Assembly: GCA_949289005.1 (NCBI GenBank)
Contig: CASEMQ010000067.1
Span: forward strand, 128,365-192,364
Reading direction: 5' to 3'
DNA length: 64,000 nucleotides
Source of the DNA: an uncultured Lentisphaeraceae bacterium
Lineage (GTDB): Bacteria; Verrucomicrobiota; Kiritimatiellia; RFP12; DVOR01
Part shown: piece by piece, positions 28,676-38,608 of the stretch
Numbering within the stretch: the first letter of the stretch is position 1
Layout: each line of letters starts with the position of its first letter
Position numbers and translations under genes: made by a program
Notes under the pieces: model-generated
Told to the model about the DNA's origin: nothing
What the model saw: only the letters and a program-made list of their open reading frames with translations
The model's database searches: none

Positions 28676-29863
28676 ATGATTGGGATTTCCAAACTGTACA
28701 TGGGGCAGGCCGAGGCCTCCGACCCATTGCGTTACGGACGTTTGAGCGAGAGACTTCCGAGCCATCTCTTGCAGTTCTCCAAGGACAAGAAGCCGATCGT
28801 GGTCTGGAACATCACCCAGCGGTGCAACCTGCGGTGCAAGCATTGCTACGCCGCCGGCACGCCTGACGTCTCGCGCGAACTGACGACGGCGGAGTGCAAG
28901 CGTGCCATCGACGGTTTCGCGGCGTTCGGGTGCCCCGTGGTGCTCTTTTCGGGCGGGGAGCCTTTCGTGCGCCCGGATTTGCTGGAGTTGGCCGCCTATG
29001 CCCGCGAAAAGGGGCGGCGCGTGGTCTTCTCCACCAACGGCACACTCATCACGCCGGACATCGCGGCGCAGATCAAAGCCATCGGCGCCAGTTATGTGGG
29101 GATCAGCATTGACGGCGTGCGCGAGACGCACGATGCCTTTCGCGGCGTGGCGGGGGCGTACGATCGGTCGCTCGCGGCCATCCGCGCGTGTCGCGAGGCC
29201 GGCGTGAAAGTGGGGCTGCGCGTCACGCTCACGCACGCGAACGTGCGCGAGATCCCCGCCATCTTCCGGCTGATGCGCGAGGAGCATATCCCGCGCATCT
29301 GTCTCTACCATCTTGTCTACGCCGGGCGTGGGGCAAATCTGCGGGCGGACGATTTGACGCACGCGGAGACGCGCGCGGCGGTGGACGCCATCATCGACGA
29401 GACGCGTGCGGCCTTTGAGGCCGGCCATCCGCTGGAGGTGCTGACGGTGGACAACCACGCGGACGCGCCGTATCTGTGGTTGCGGATGTGCCGCGAGAAA
29501 AGCCCGCGCGCGGACGACGTGCTCCGCCTGCTCCGTATGAACGGCGGCAACTCCAGCGGCAACGGCCTTTCGTGCGTATCGTGGGACGGCACGGTCTATC
29601 CCGACCAATTCTGGCGCGACAAGCCGCTCGGGAACGTCCGCGAACAGCCCTTCGGCGCGATTTGGGGAAACCCGCCCGCTGGGTCGCTCTTGGCGCGGCT
29701 GCGCGAGAAGCCGCTGCACGTCACGGGGCGGTGCAGGCGGTGCCGCTTCCTGTCACTGTGCGGGGGGAACTTCCGCGCGCGCGGCGAGGCCGCCACGGGA
29801 GACGTCTGGGGGGAAGACCCGGCGTGTTATCTGACGGACGAGGAAATCGCGGGCACGTTGTAA
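28676..29863 (+). CDS. ahbC: Radical SAM/SPASM protein AhbC (NirJ1-like, Fe-coproporphyrin III synthase)
   Basis: N-terminus MIGISKLY...LRYGR...LPSHLLQFSKDKKPIVVWN typical of AhbC; CNLRCKHCY; SPASM CxxC...CGGNFRAR...DPACYL. Confidence 0.85.
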   Translation: MIGISKLYMGQAEASDPLRYGRLSERLPSHLLQFSKDKKPIVVWNITQRCNLRCKHCYAAGTPDVSRELTTAECKRAIDGFAAFGCPVVLFSGGEPFVRPDLLELAAYAREKGRRVVFSTNGTLITPDIAAQIKAIGASYVGISIDGVRETHDAFRGVAGAYDRSLAAIRACREAGVKVGLRVTLTHANVREIPAIFRLMREEHIPRICLYHLVYAGRGANLRADDLTHAETRAAVDAIIDETRAAFEAGHPLEVLTVDNHADAPYLWLRMCREKSPRADDVLRLLRMNGGNSSGNGLSCVSWDGTVYPDQFWRDKPLGNVREQPFGAIWGNPPAGSLLARLREKPLHVTGRCRRCRFLSLCGGNFRARGEAATGDVWGEDPACYLTDEEIAGTL

Positions 29864-29870
29864 GGGCGCC

Positions 29871-30374
29871 ATGGATACGATGAGCGTGGCCATCGGTGGG
29901 TTTGTGTTGCTCTTTGTCCTGCGGGGGGCATGGCATGGGCTTTCGGGCGAGCTGGCGCCGTTGGCGGGGTTGGTGGCGTGCGGGGGCGTGCTGTGGTTTG
30001 GCTACGCGCCGCTGCACGCGATGGTCGCGCGGCTGGCGGTGGAGCCGGGGGCGGCGGTTTTCTATTCGGCGTTGGGGATTGTCGTGATCGGGTGCGTGGC
30101 CTTTCTGCTTGTGGCCAAGTTGCTCAAGGGTGTGGTGCGGCTCATCTTGCCGCAACCCTTCGATGGCGTGTTGGGCGCGGCCATCGGCGCGGCCAAAGCC
30201 ATCCTGATCGTGAGCGTGGCCGCGGGCGTGGCGACGGTGACGCGCGAGCGCATGACCGGGTTGTTGGACGCCACGGAACGCAACCCCGTGGCCGCGGCTG
30301 CCGGCCGTTTCTGGGCGGAGCGGCTCACCGCCGCCGGCATCCCGAAGCCGGAGGAGGCCCATGCGGGGGATTGA
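29871..30374 (+). CDS. CvpA-family membrane protein
   Basis: RGAWHGLSGE and DGVLGAAIGAAK pattern; about 4 TM. Confidence 0.75.
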   Translation: MDTMSVAIGGFVLLFVLRGAWHGLSGELAPLAGLVACGGVLWFGYAPLHAMVARLAVEPGAAVFYSALGIVVIGCVAFLLVAKLLKGVVRLILPQPFDGVLGAAIGAAKAILIVSVAAGVATVTRERMTGLLDATERNPVAAAAGRFWAERLTAAGIPKPEEAHAGD

Positions 30375-32496
30375 CGCCAACGCCTTGGCGGAAATTAAGG
30401 CGCGCATCGACCTGGCCGACCTCATCGATGCCTATGGCATCGACCTGCGGCGTTCGGGGAACAACGCGAAGGCCTGTTGTCCCTTCCACCAAGAGAAGAC
30501 ACCCTCCTTCACCGTCAATTCCGAGAAGGGGTTCTACAAGTGTTTCGGGTGCGGCGAAAGCGGCGATGCCATCACCTTCGTGCAAAAAATGGAGGGGTGT
30601 ACCTTTCTGGAGGCCGTCCGCAAACTCGCCGCGCAGGCCGGGGTGAAGCTGGAGGAAGGCTACGACCCGCAGGCCGCCCTCCGCGCGCGACTCTACCAAA
30701 TCAACCAAGAGCTTGCCGCGTTCTATCGCCGCTGCCTCCTGCAAATCGCCGAGGCGGAGGAGGCGCGGGAATACCTGCGTTCGCGCGACCTGTGGGGCGA
30801 GGCGGTGGAACGCTTCGGCATCGGCTACGCGCCCGCCGTCCGCGGGGCGCTACTCGAGTGGGCCAAGCGCCACGGCTTCGCGCCGGAAGAGTTGGCCGCC
30901 GCCGGCGCATTGGCGCCCCCGCGCCGCCCGGGGGATGGTTTCTACGATCGTTTCCACGGGCGAATCACCTTCCCCGTCTGCGACCCGCAGGGGCGCGTCA
31001 TCGCCTTTTCCTGCCGGCTGTTGCGCAAATCCGAGCGCACGGGGAAATATGTCAATAGCCCCGAGACCGAGATTTTCAAGAAGGCCACCACGCTCTATGC
31101 CTACCATCTGGCGCGGCCCAACATCGCCAAGGCCACCCCGCGCCGCGCCATCGTCTGCGAGGGGCAAATCGACGTGATCCGGTGCCATCTCTGCGGGTTC
31201 CCGACGGCCGTGGCCTCGCAGGGCACCGCCTTCACCGCCGACCATGTGGCGCTCTTGCGTCGGTGCGCCGACGCCGCGGATCTGGTTTTCGACGGCGACA
31301 AGGCCGGCGTCAAGGCGGCGCTCCGCACCATGGGGCTCTTCCTGGCGGCCGGGATTCCCGTGCGCATCGTCTCCCTTCCCGAGGGCGAGGATCCCGATTC
31401 GCTCCTGCGCGGGCAAGGCGCCGAGGCATTCCGCGAATGTCTGGATGCCGCGGAGGATCCCGCGCCCTATCTGGTCCGCCGCCTGCGCGAGCAAGAGTCC
31501 GCCCCCGACGCGATGGATGCCACCATGCGCATCGCCAAGGCCGCCGTGGCCACGGTGATCGACTGCCCCGAGCCCGTCCTCACCGCGCGCTTCCTGCAAG
31601 ATGCCGCCGCCGCGCTTCACCTGCCCGTCGAGACACTCACGGATGACCTGACGACGCTTCGCTCGGATGCCGCCGAGGCGGAGCGTCGCCGCGCCGAGTT
31701 CCGCGCCCGCCAAGAGGAATCCGCCCGCCCCGCGCGCGAACCCGCGCCCGCCGCCGAACCGTCCGCGCCCATCGAGGCCGACTGGGAGGACGAGCCCGAG
31801 GCAACCGCGTTCGACTATCCCGAAGACTTCGCCGAGCCCCCGGCCGCGCCGCCGCTGAGCGCATTGGAGGCCTCGCAAAACCTCGCCGGCGCGCTCTGCG
31901 AGCTCCTGGCGCACCATTTCCACGAGTCTGAGATCATGGCGTGCCTCATCCGCCACCTACCGCCGGCCTTCGTGCACAATCCCTACGCCTCCAAACTTTA
32001 CGATTTGTCCATCGCCGCCTCGCTCGCCCAAGCCCCCACCCTGACGCCTCCCGACGACGACCCGCCCTTCCGCGCCTATCTGGCAACGCTCTTCGCCGAG
32101 CCCGACCGCTTGGCCGCCGGCGGCGAGGACGTCACGCCCCTCACCTACGCCCACGACCTTGTCCGGGCCTACTGGGTGCGCGAGTACGAGCGCCGCACGC
32201 GATTGCTCGACCCCGACTCCATCGAGGCCTTCACGCTCACCCAATCGCGCAAGCGCCTGCAATCCCTGCCATGGGAGGCCGCCGCGCCCTTCATGGACGC
32301 CCTCAACCCCAACCTCGCCGCGCCGCCACGCCCCGCCCCCGACACGCCCAAGGCGCAGGCCGGGCCAGATTTTCCGGAACCGGACACGCCGCCGCCCGAG
32401 GGCACGCCGCCGCCCGAGGAGGCACAGCTGCCCATCCCTCCGCCCGAGCCGACCTGGGAACCCGACGACGCAGGAGACTTCTATGACACCCTCTGA
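30361..32496 (+). CDS. dnaG: DNA primase
   Basis: Zn finger CPFHQEKTPSF...CFGC, KYVNSPET, TOPRIM EGQID, DGDKAG and DPD; long acidic Pro-rich C-terminus. Confidence 0.95.
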   Translation: MRGIDANALAEIKARIDLADLIDAYGIDLRRSGNNAKACCPFHQEKTPSFTVNSEKGFYKCFGCGESGDAITFVQKMEGCTFLEAVRKLAAQAGVKLEEGYDPQAALRARLYQINQELAAFYRRCLLQIAEAEEAREYLRSRDLWGEAVERFGIGYAPAVRGALLEWAKRHGFAPEELAAAGALAPPRRPGDGFYDRFHGRITFPVCDPQGRVIAFSCRLLRKSERTGKYVNSPETEIFKKATTLYAYHLARPNIAKATPRRAIVCEGQIDVIRCHLCGFPTAVASQGTAFTADHVALLRRCADAADLVFDGDKAGVKAALRTMGLFLAAGIPVRIVSLPEGEDPDSLLRGQGAEAFRECLDAAEDPAPYLVRRLREQESAPDAMDATMRIAKAAVATVIDCPEPVLTARFLQDAAAALHLPVETLTDDLTTLRSDAAEAERRRAEFRARQEESARPAREPAPAAEPSAPIEADWEDEPEATAFDYPEDFAEPPAAPPLSALEASQNLAGALCELLAHHFHESEIMACLIRHLPPAFVHNPYASKLYDLSIAASLAQAPTLTPPDDDPPFRAYLATLFAEPDRLAAGGEDVTPLTYAHDLVRAYWVREYERRTRLLDPDSIEAFTLTQSRKRLQSLPWEAAAPFMDALNPNLAAPPRPAPDTPKAQAGPDFPEPDTPPPEGTPPPEEAQLPIPPPEPTWEPDDAGDFYDTL

Positions 32497-33628
32497 CCCC
32501 GCCCCCGGCTTGGCCGCACTCGAGGCTTGGGGGCTGGCCCGCTGCCCACTGCGCGACCTGCGCCGCCTCGAGCCCGCCGTCGCCCGCCTTTCCGCCGCCT
32601 TCACCGATACGCGCCCCGAGGCCTTCGCCGCCTATCTGGACGACCCGGACAGCCTCACCGCCTACGCGCTCGCCTTCGCGCCGCAGACGTATGCCCGCGT
32701 CCAAGCCGCGCTTGCGGGCATCCTCGCACGGCTCCCGCCCTTTCCGGGGCGCCCGCTCCGTGTGCTCGACCTGGGCTGCGGGCTGGGTTCCGCCGCGCTC
32801 GCCGTGCGCGACCGGTTCCCGGACGCCGAAATCCACGGGATTGACTGGTCGCCCGCCGCGCTCCAAGCCTTCCACGAACTCTTGCCTGGGGCGATTGCCC
32901 GGCGCGCGGACTTCCGCGAAGTCGCGCCCGATGGCCCGTTCGACGTCATCCTCGCCTCCTTCGCCTTCAACGAGGCATTCCCCGACCCCGCCGCCGCGCG
33001 CGCCGCCATCCGCCGCTGGGTCGCCGCGCTCGCGCCGGACGCGCCATCGTTCCTGCTTCTGCTTGAGCCGGCCGACCGCGCGACCGTCCCGCGCCTCCAT
33101 GCGCTCCGTCGCGAATTGGCCGATTTGCCGCTCTATGCGCCCTGTCCGCACGCCGGTCCCTGCCCCCTGTTCCCGGCGCGTGACGGCGTCTGCCACGATG
33201 TCCGCCGCTTCCGGCCCGGCCGCCCGCTGACGTTGCTCTGCCGCCGCCTGCGCCGTACCGTCAGCGACGTGAAGTATGCACTCCTGGCCTTCGGTCACCC
33301 CGGCGGGCCGCAGGCGGACGGCTTTGGCGAGCCGGGCTTCTTGCGAATGGTCGGCCCGATGGACAAGGCCAAGGGCGTGCTCACCTGCCGCGTCTGCATG
33401 GGCGATGGCGCGCTCCGCCGCCTGGAACTCCCGGCCGCCGCGCTCCCCACCCCACGCCGCCACGCCCTGCTCGACCGCCAACGCGGCGATTGCGCCTGGG
33501 TCGAGGGCTCCGCAGACCGTTGCCGCGTCATCGCCAATGGCGCCGTCCAACGCGCGGCCGACCTCCGTTTCACCGACGAGCCCCCGCCGCCGCTCGACGA
33601 TCTCGACGGCTTCTCCTTCTCCGTCTGA
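32483..33628 (+). CDS. Rsm22/METTL17-family SAM-dependent methyltransferase-like protein
   Basis: VLDLGCGLG, LLLLEP and APCPHAGPCPL...CH; GGAG RBS, overlaps the dnaG stop. Confidence 0.78.
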   Translation: MTPSDPAPGLAALEAWGLARCPLRDLRRLEPAVARLSAAFTDTRPEAFAAYLDDPDSLTAYALAFAPQTYARVQAALAGILARLPPFPGRPLRVLDLGCGLGSAALAVRDRFPDAEIHGIDWSPAALQAFHELLPGAIARRADFREVAPDGPFDVILASFAFNEAFPDPAAARAAIRRWVAALAPDAPSFLLLLEPADRATVPRLHALRRELADLPLYAPCPHAGPCPLFPARDGVCHDVRRFRPGRPLTLLCRRLRRTVSDVKYALLAFGHPGGPQADGFGEPGFLRMVGPMDKAKGVLTCRVCMGDGALRRLELPAAALPTPRRHALLDRQRGDCAWVEGSADRCRVIANGAVQRAADLRFTDEPPPPLDDLDGFSFSV

Positions 33629-33755
33629 GGCGTTCCACACGCTCGCCGCCACCCGCGTACAACCGCACGCAGGGCAAGGTCTGCGCGTTTTTTTGCCCTT
33701 GCCGCGCCGCCAATTGTGTAAAGTGGGGACGACAACTGGCATAAGGAATAGCCTG

Positions 33756-35564
33756 ATGAAGACGAAACGAGACCTTTTCATGCACGGGTGGCGCGCGGCG
33801 CTTTGCCTTGCCGCGGCGCTGCTTGTCTGCCACGCCCGCGCGGCAGGGGACGACCTGCGTGCGCTGTTGGACTTGGGGCGCCCGGAGTTGCGACCCGTGG
33901 CGGAGGCGTTGGAAAGGGACGACGCCGCGGCCGCGGAGACCGCGTTGTTGGCGCATTGGCGCGCGCGGGCGGATGCCAAGGCCGCGTGGGAGAAGGCAAA
34001 AAAGCGCAAGCCCTCGGACTTCGACCGGAAGGTGGCCGACGAGGCGCTGGGGCACAGGTTCTTCTCCCATGCGGGCTACCAACCCTCGCTCTTCTACGGC
34101 AAAGACATCGACTGGGCCTACTGGCCCATCAAGGCGAACGAACTGCGTTTCCAGCTCCATCGCCACAAGTGGTTCCTGCCGCTCCTGCGAATGTATGCGC
34201 ACACGGGCGATGCCAAATATTACCGCGCGTGGCGCGAGCAGTGGACGGACTGGGACAAGAAGAACCCCTTCCCCGCGCGCACGGAGACCGACCGCGAGAA
34301 CATCCGCTTCGCGTGGCGCGCGCTGGAAATCAGCGACCGTCTGAATGGGCTGCCGAGCCAATTGGCCTTGGCGGTGCACGCGCCCGATTTCACGGCGGAC
34401 GACCTCGTGTGGTTCCTGCGACAAATCCGGCGGCATGGCGACCTGGTCTGGGAACGCCGTGCGGAGCGCGGCAATCACCTTCTCTTCGAGATGACGCGCC
34501 TGCTCACGGCGGCCGAGCGATGCCCCGAGCTCAAAGCCGCCGCCACCTGGCGCGCCAACGCCATCCGTACCCTCAAGGAAGAGCTCGCCAAGCAGGTCTA
34601 TCCCGACGGCGTGCAGTACGAACTCGACCTAGGCTACCACATCAGCGCGATGAACCTCTTCCGCTCGGCGATGGATTTGGCGCCCGAGGCCTTCACGCCG
34701 GCCGACCGCGACAAGGTGGGCGCGATGGCGGCCTTCGCCGCTGACCTCTTCTTCCCCGATGGCAATCACCCCTTCTTCTCGGACACGCACGACCTGAGCG
34801 GCCGCCGGCGCACGCTCCGCGAGGCCGCCAAAGCCTTCCCCAAGGCCTTCGACCGCCCCGGGTTCGTCTCGCGCGCCTATCCGCACGGCGGCTTCTACGT
34901 CCTGCGCGAAGGTCCCCCCGAGACCGGCTCGATGACCGTGCTCAAGGCCGGCCCCGCGGCCTTCTGGCACAACCAGCCCGACAACGGCACCTTCTCCTAC
35001 TGGCACGCCAGGCGCGACTTCTTCCCCGACTCCGGCTCCTACGTCTATGGCGGCGCGGACACCAAAGCCGCGCGCAACGCCTTCCGCGCCACCAAGGCTC
35101 ACTCCACCCTGACGCTGGACGACAAGAACAATTCCCCCGGCTCCAAATGCGTAGCCTGGCAGGCGACCGACCGCGCCACCACGGTCACGGTCGAGACGCC
35201 CGCCTACCCCGGGCTCACCCACCGCCGCACGCTCACGCTCGCCAAGGGCGGCACGCTCACGATCGAGGACACCGCCGAGGGCAACGCCACCGGCACCCTC
35301 GCCATCCGCTTCTGCCTGCCGCCCGGCGCCAACCCCGAGCGCCTCCCCGACGGTTCCTGGCGCACGCGCTTCGCCGACGGCAACGACATCCGCCTCGACT
35401 TCGCCGATGCCGCCGACTGGAAGGCTGAAATCGAGAAAGGCTGGCATTCGCGCCTCCACAACAAAAAGGAGCCGCGCCCCATCCTCAAACTCTCCCGCGC
35501 CAAGGACTCCGCCAAGTCCATCCACCTAACCACCACCGTCACCCCCCTCAAGGACGACAAGTAA
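33756..35564 (+). CDS. Heparinase II/III-family heparan-sulfate lyase (PL12/HepC-like)
   Basis: ELRFQLHRHKW, FAWRALE, GNHLLFE, QVYPDGVQYELDLGYH, HNQPDNGTF and HSTLTLD. Confidence 0.85.
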   Translation: MKTKRDLFMHGWRAALCLAAALLVCHARAAGDDLRALLDLGRPELRPVAEALERDDAAAAETALLAHWRARADAKAAWEKAKKRKPSDFDRKVADEALGHRFFSHAGYQPSLFYGKDIDWAYWPIKANELRFQLHRHKWFLPLLRMYAHTGDAKYYRAWREQWTDWDKKNPFPARTETDRENIRFAWRALEISDRLNGLPSQLALAVHAPDFTADDLVWFLRQIRRHGDLVWERRAERGNHLLFEMTRLLTAAERCPELKAAATWRANAIRTLKEELAKQVYPDGVQYELDLGYHISAMNLFRSAMDLAPEAFTPADRDKVGAMAAFAADLFFPDGNHPFFSDTHDLSGRRRTLREAAKAFPKAFDRPGFVSRAYPHGGFYVLREGPPETGSMTVLKAGPAAFWHNQPDNGTFSYWHARRDFFPDSGSYVYGGADTKAARNAFRATKAHSTLTLDDKNNSPGSKCVAWQATDRATTVTVETPAYPGLTHRRTLTLAKGGTLTIEDTAEGNATGTLAIRFCLPPGANPERLPDGSWRTRFADGNDIRLDFADAADWKAEIEKGWHSRLHNKKEPRPILKLSRAKDSAKSIHLTTTVTPLKDDK

Positions 35565-35822
35565 GCGGGTCGACAAAAACAGAAAGCGCTCACCGCCCCT
35601 GTGCGGCCACCGCTTCCACTCCCGACCCATCAAAAACTCTAAAGAGCCCAAAGTAGGGGCAATGGCTCCCCTATCGCATACCCGATATAAATCCCTGATT
35701 GGCGCGCGTGGGTTCGTAGTGTCGCGCCATAATGTTCGGGAAGGGTTGCCTATGGCAACTCAGATTTCTCGGCTTGTTGCAGATTTGAGGCGCGCCACCG
35801 CACGCAGGACTGCCGAGGCAAA

Positions 35823-38372
35823 TCACGCGGTGAGGGGATTGACGTTCTCGGGCGGGCGCTTGGAGGGCTTGACAGCCTCGGTGCGGACGACCTTGCCATC
35901 CTTGATGAGCGTGCGCCATTTGAGGTGGATGGAAGAGGTGCCGATGCGCAGCTCGAAGGGTTCGTCGGGGAGCACCCATGACTGATCCTCAAGGACAATC
36001 TTGAGGTGGTCGAGCGGCACATCGAGCGCGACGGTCTTGGTCTCGCCGGGCTTCAGGTGGACACGCTTGAAGCCGCGCAACATCTGGTCGAACCAATAGA
36101 TGGGCGTCTTGGTGTAGGAGACGTAGAGCTGCACCACCTCGTCGCCGGCGACCTTGCCGGTGTTGGTGACGGGGATGTGGACGCGCCAACCGGCGGGCAC
36201 GGGCGCGGGGTCGCGGAAGCACAGGCGATCCCACAACGTCGCCTCGCCGGGCGCGGTAAGGGGCTCGATTGTGGGCTTGCCGATGGCAAAGGTGGTGTAG
36301 GAAAGCCCAAAACCGAAGGGCCAAAGCGCGCCGGCGTTGTAGGAGCCGTTCTTGAGTTCGGGCTCGTAGTTGGACTTCGGCTTCGCAGGGAAGTTGAAGG
36401 GGATCTGCCCAGCGGATTTAAGCCAAGTGCCGTTGGTCTTGCCACCGGGATTGTAGCGCCCCAGGAGCGCCTCGGCCACGGCCGTGCCGCCGTGGCCGCA
36501 AAGCAACCCGCAGGAAAGAATGGCCGGGGTGTTGCGGGCCGCCCAGTTGATGCTCGGCGGGCGGCCATGCATCAGCACGAGCACGGTGGGCGTGCCGGTG
36601 GCCTGGACGGCCTCGAGCAGTTCCTCTTGCCGGCCGGGGAGGTTGAGGCTCGTGCGCGTGTGGCTCTCGCCGGAAGTGCGGCCATTGTCGCCCAACACCA
36701 CAATCGCGACGTCGGCGGACTTGGCAAGGGCGACGGCCTTGGCCTGCTCGTCGCGCTCTTTCTTGGTGATGGGCACGGGCACCAACTCGCTGTCAGGCCA
36801 GCCGGGATTGACGTGGTCGCATCCCTTGGCGTAGACGACCTCCGCGCCCGTCCCGGCGAGCGCCCGCTCAAGCCCCTTGCGCACCGTGACAAAGTCGTAG
36901 TCCGTGGGCCCGTAACGGTCGGGCCGGTAACACCCGGTGTCGGCGTTGGGGCCGATGACGGCGACGCGCTTGAGCTTTTTCGCGTCGAGCGGCAGGAGGT
37001 CGCCCTCGTTCTTGAGGAGCACGAGCGCCTCGCGGGCGACCTGCAACGCCACACGCGCGGCCTCCTCCGTGCCGACAAGCGCGTTGGCGGATTTGGGGTC
37101 GGCCACGTAGGGCCGGTCAAACATGCCGCGCATAAACTTCACGCGCAGCACGTCGCGCACCATCGCGTCCACATCCTCCGGCGCCAGCGAGCCATCGTCC
37201 AGCGAGGCATTGATGGCGCGCGCCACGGCATCGGGCGGGGAGAAGGTCGTCCAGACGTTGAGCCCGGCCTTGATGCGCAGATTGTGCGCCTCTTTCTGGT
37301 CGACGGCCATGCGGTGCAACGTGGCGAGCCGCTCGACCGCGTGACTGTCGGAGACGACATAGCCCTCAAAGCCAAGCTCGCCGCGCAAGCGCTCCTTGAG
37401 CAAATGCGCGCTCGCGGCCACCGGCATGCCATTGACATCGTTGTAGGCGCACATCACGCCGAGCGGATGCGCCTCGGTGAAGACTCGCCGGAAGGGATAG
37501 AAATGAATCGCCTCGAAGGTCTGCGCCGTGATGTGCGGATCCGTCCGCGAATCATAGCCGCGCGCACCCTTGTTCTCGCCGTAGCCCACGTAATGTTTGG
37601 GGCTGGAGATGGCACCACCTTCTTGAATGCCCAGGCACAACGCCTTGCCGATCTCGGCCACCAGGAACGGATCCTCGGCGATGGTCCCCTCCCAACGACC
37701 CCAACGTTGGTCACGCGCCACGTCCAAAATCGGCGCATAGACATTCGTGTAGCCCACCGCCCGCGCCTCACGCCCCGTGACGCGCCCCATCTCGCGGATC
37801 AGCTCCGGGTTCCACGTCATCCCCTGCGAATGGGGCATGGGGAAAGAGGTGCCGTGCCGCAACGACGCGCCGTTGATCCCTTCGTTCGTGAAGTCCACGG
37901 GAATGCCCAGCCGCGTCTGCTCGATGAAAAACCGCTGCGTGTTGTTCACGTAATGCGCGTTCCGCTCGGGCGTGTCGCTCACCTCCCTGTCGCCGCGGTG
38001 GCGCCACCCCGCGCCCTGCTCGTCGATGTTCGCCACGCCATCCTTCCACACGCGCTTGCTCTTCCACGCCTCCGTGGGATACTTGTCCTTCAACACCGCG
38101 CGGTAACCATAGAGCGTGCAGAGCTGCATCACCTTCTCGGCCTGGGTCATCCGCCCCAGCAAATCTTCCACCCGCGCTTCCACCCCCGCCGAAGGATCCT
38201 CGTAGACATCCATCTCCCCGTTCTTGTTCAGGTCGATCCAGCCCTCATGGTAAATCCCCGGCATCGCCTCAAACGGATAAGGATAGGGATTGCCCTTCAA
38301 CGCCGTGTCGGCTCCCGCGGCCAAAACCACGGAACCCAACAAGCCCGACAACAGAACCAATTCAGTCTTCAT
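35823..38372 (-). CDS. Glycoside hydrolase family 3 (beta-glucosidase/xylosidase-like), secreted
   Basis: TRLGIPV, DVARDQRWGR, KHY, GYVVSD, ALVLLKN, PFGFGLSYTTF and GDEVVQLY; start MKTELVLL. Confidence 0.92.
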   Translation of the reverse strand: MKTELVLLSGLLGSVVLAAGADTALKGNPYPYPFEAMPGIYHEGWIDLNKNGEMDVYEDPSAGVEARVEDLLGRMTQAEKVMQLCTLYGYRAVLKDKYPTEAWKSKRVWKDGVANIDEQGAGWRHRGDREVSDTPERNAHYVNNTQRFFIEQTRLGIPVDFTNEGINGASLRHGTSFPMPHSQGMTWNPELIREMGRVTGREARAVGYTNVYAPILDVARDQRWGRWEGTIAEDPFLVAEIGKALCLGIQEGGAISSPKHYVGYGENKGARGYDSRTDPHITAQTFEAIHFYPFRRVFTEAHPLGVMCAYNDVNGMPVAASAHLLKERLRGELGFEGYVVSDSHAVERLATLHRMAVDQKEAHNLRIKAGLNVWTTFSPPDAVARAINASLDDGSLAPEDVDAMVRDVLRVKFMRGMFDRPYVADPKSANALVGTEEAARVALQVAREALVLLKNEGDLLPLDAKKLKRVAVIGPNADTGCYRPDRYGPTDYDFVTVRKGLERALAGTGAEVVYAKGCDHVNPGWPDSELVPVPITKKERDEQAKAVALAKSADVAIVVLGDNGRTSGESHTRTSLNLPGRQEELLEAVQATGTPTVLVLMHGRPPSINWAARNTPAILSCGLLCGHGGTAVAEALLGRYNPGGKTNGTWLKSAGQIPFNFPAKPKSNYEPELKNGSYNAGALWPFGFGLSYTTFAIGKPTIEPLTAPGEATLWDRLCFRDPAPVPAGWRVHIPVTNTGKVAGDEVVQLYVSYTKTPIYWFDQMLRGFKRVHLKPGETKTVALDVPLDHLKIVLEDQSWVLPDEPFELRIGTSSIHLKWRTLIKDGKVVRTEAVKPSKRPPENVNPLTA

Positions 38373-38378
38373 GCTCCA

Positions 38379-38384
38379 ATCATA
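38379..38384 (-). promoter_or_regulatory. -10 (TATGAT) of GH3, leaderless
   Basis: 6 nt before ATG 38372; no SD. Confidence 0.5.
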
Positions 38385-38608
38385 CACCATTCCTCCGCCC
38401 CCCGCCACACAAATCCCTTCCCCCACCCGTCCCTGCGTCCCCCGCAACGCACCCGGGAGAGGCGGTCATCCTTCACCGCCATTCGCACCGATGACACCTC
38501 CGGCGCCCGGGAAAACGGAGACGAATCCGGGTTTTTGCGAAGTTCGCGGCGCAACGGCTCCGTGAAACGTTCCGCACCCTTTAGGTTGGGATGTCTCCGG
38601 TCGGCGAA

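Noticed and set aside
35695..35765. GGTTCG suggesting a tRNA T-loop
   Set aside because: No cloverleaf, D-arm or anticodon arm.
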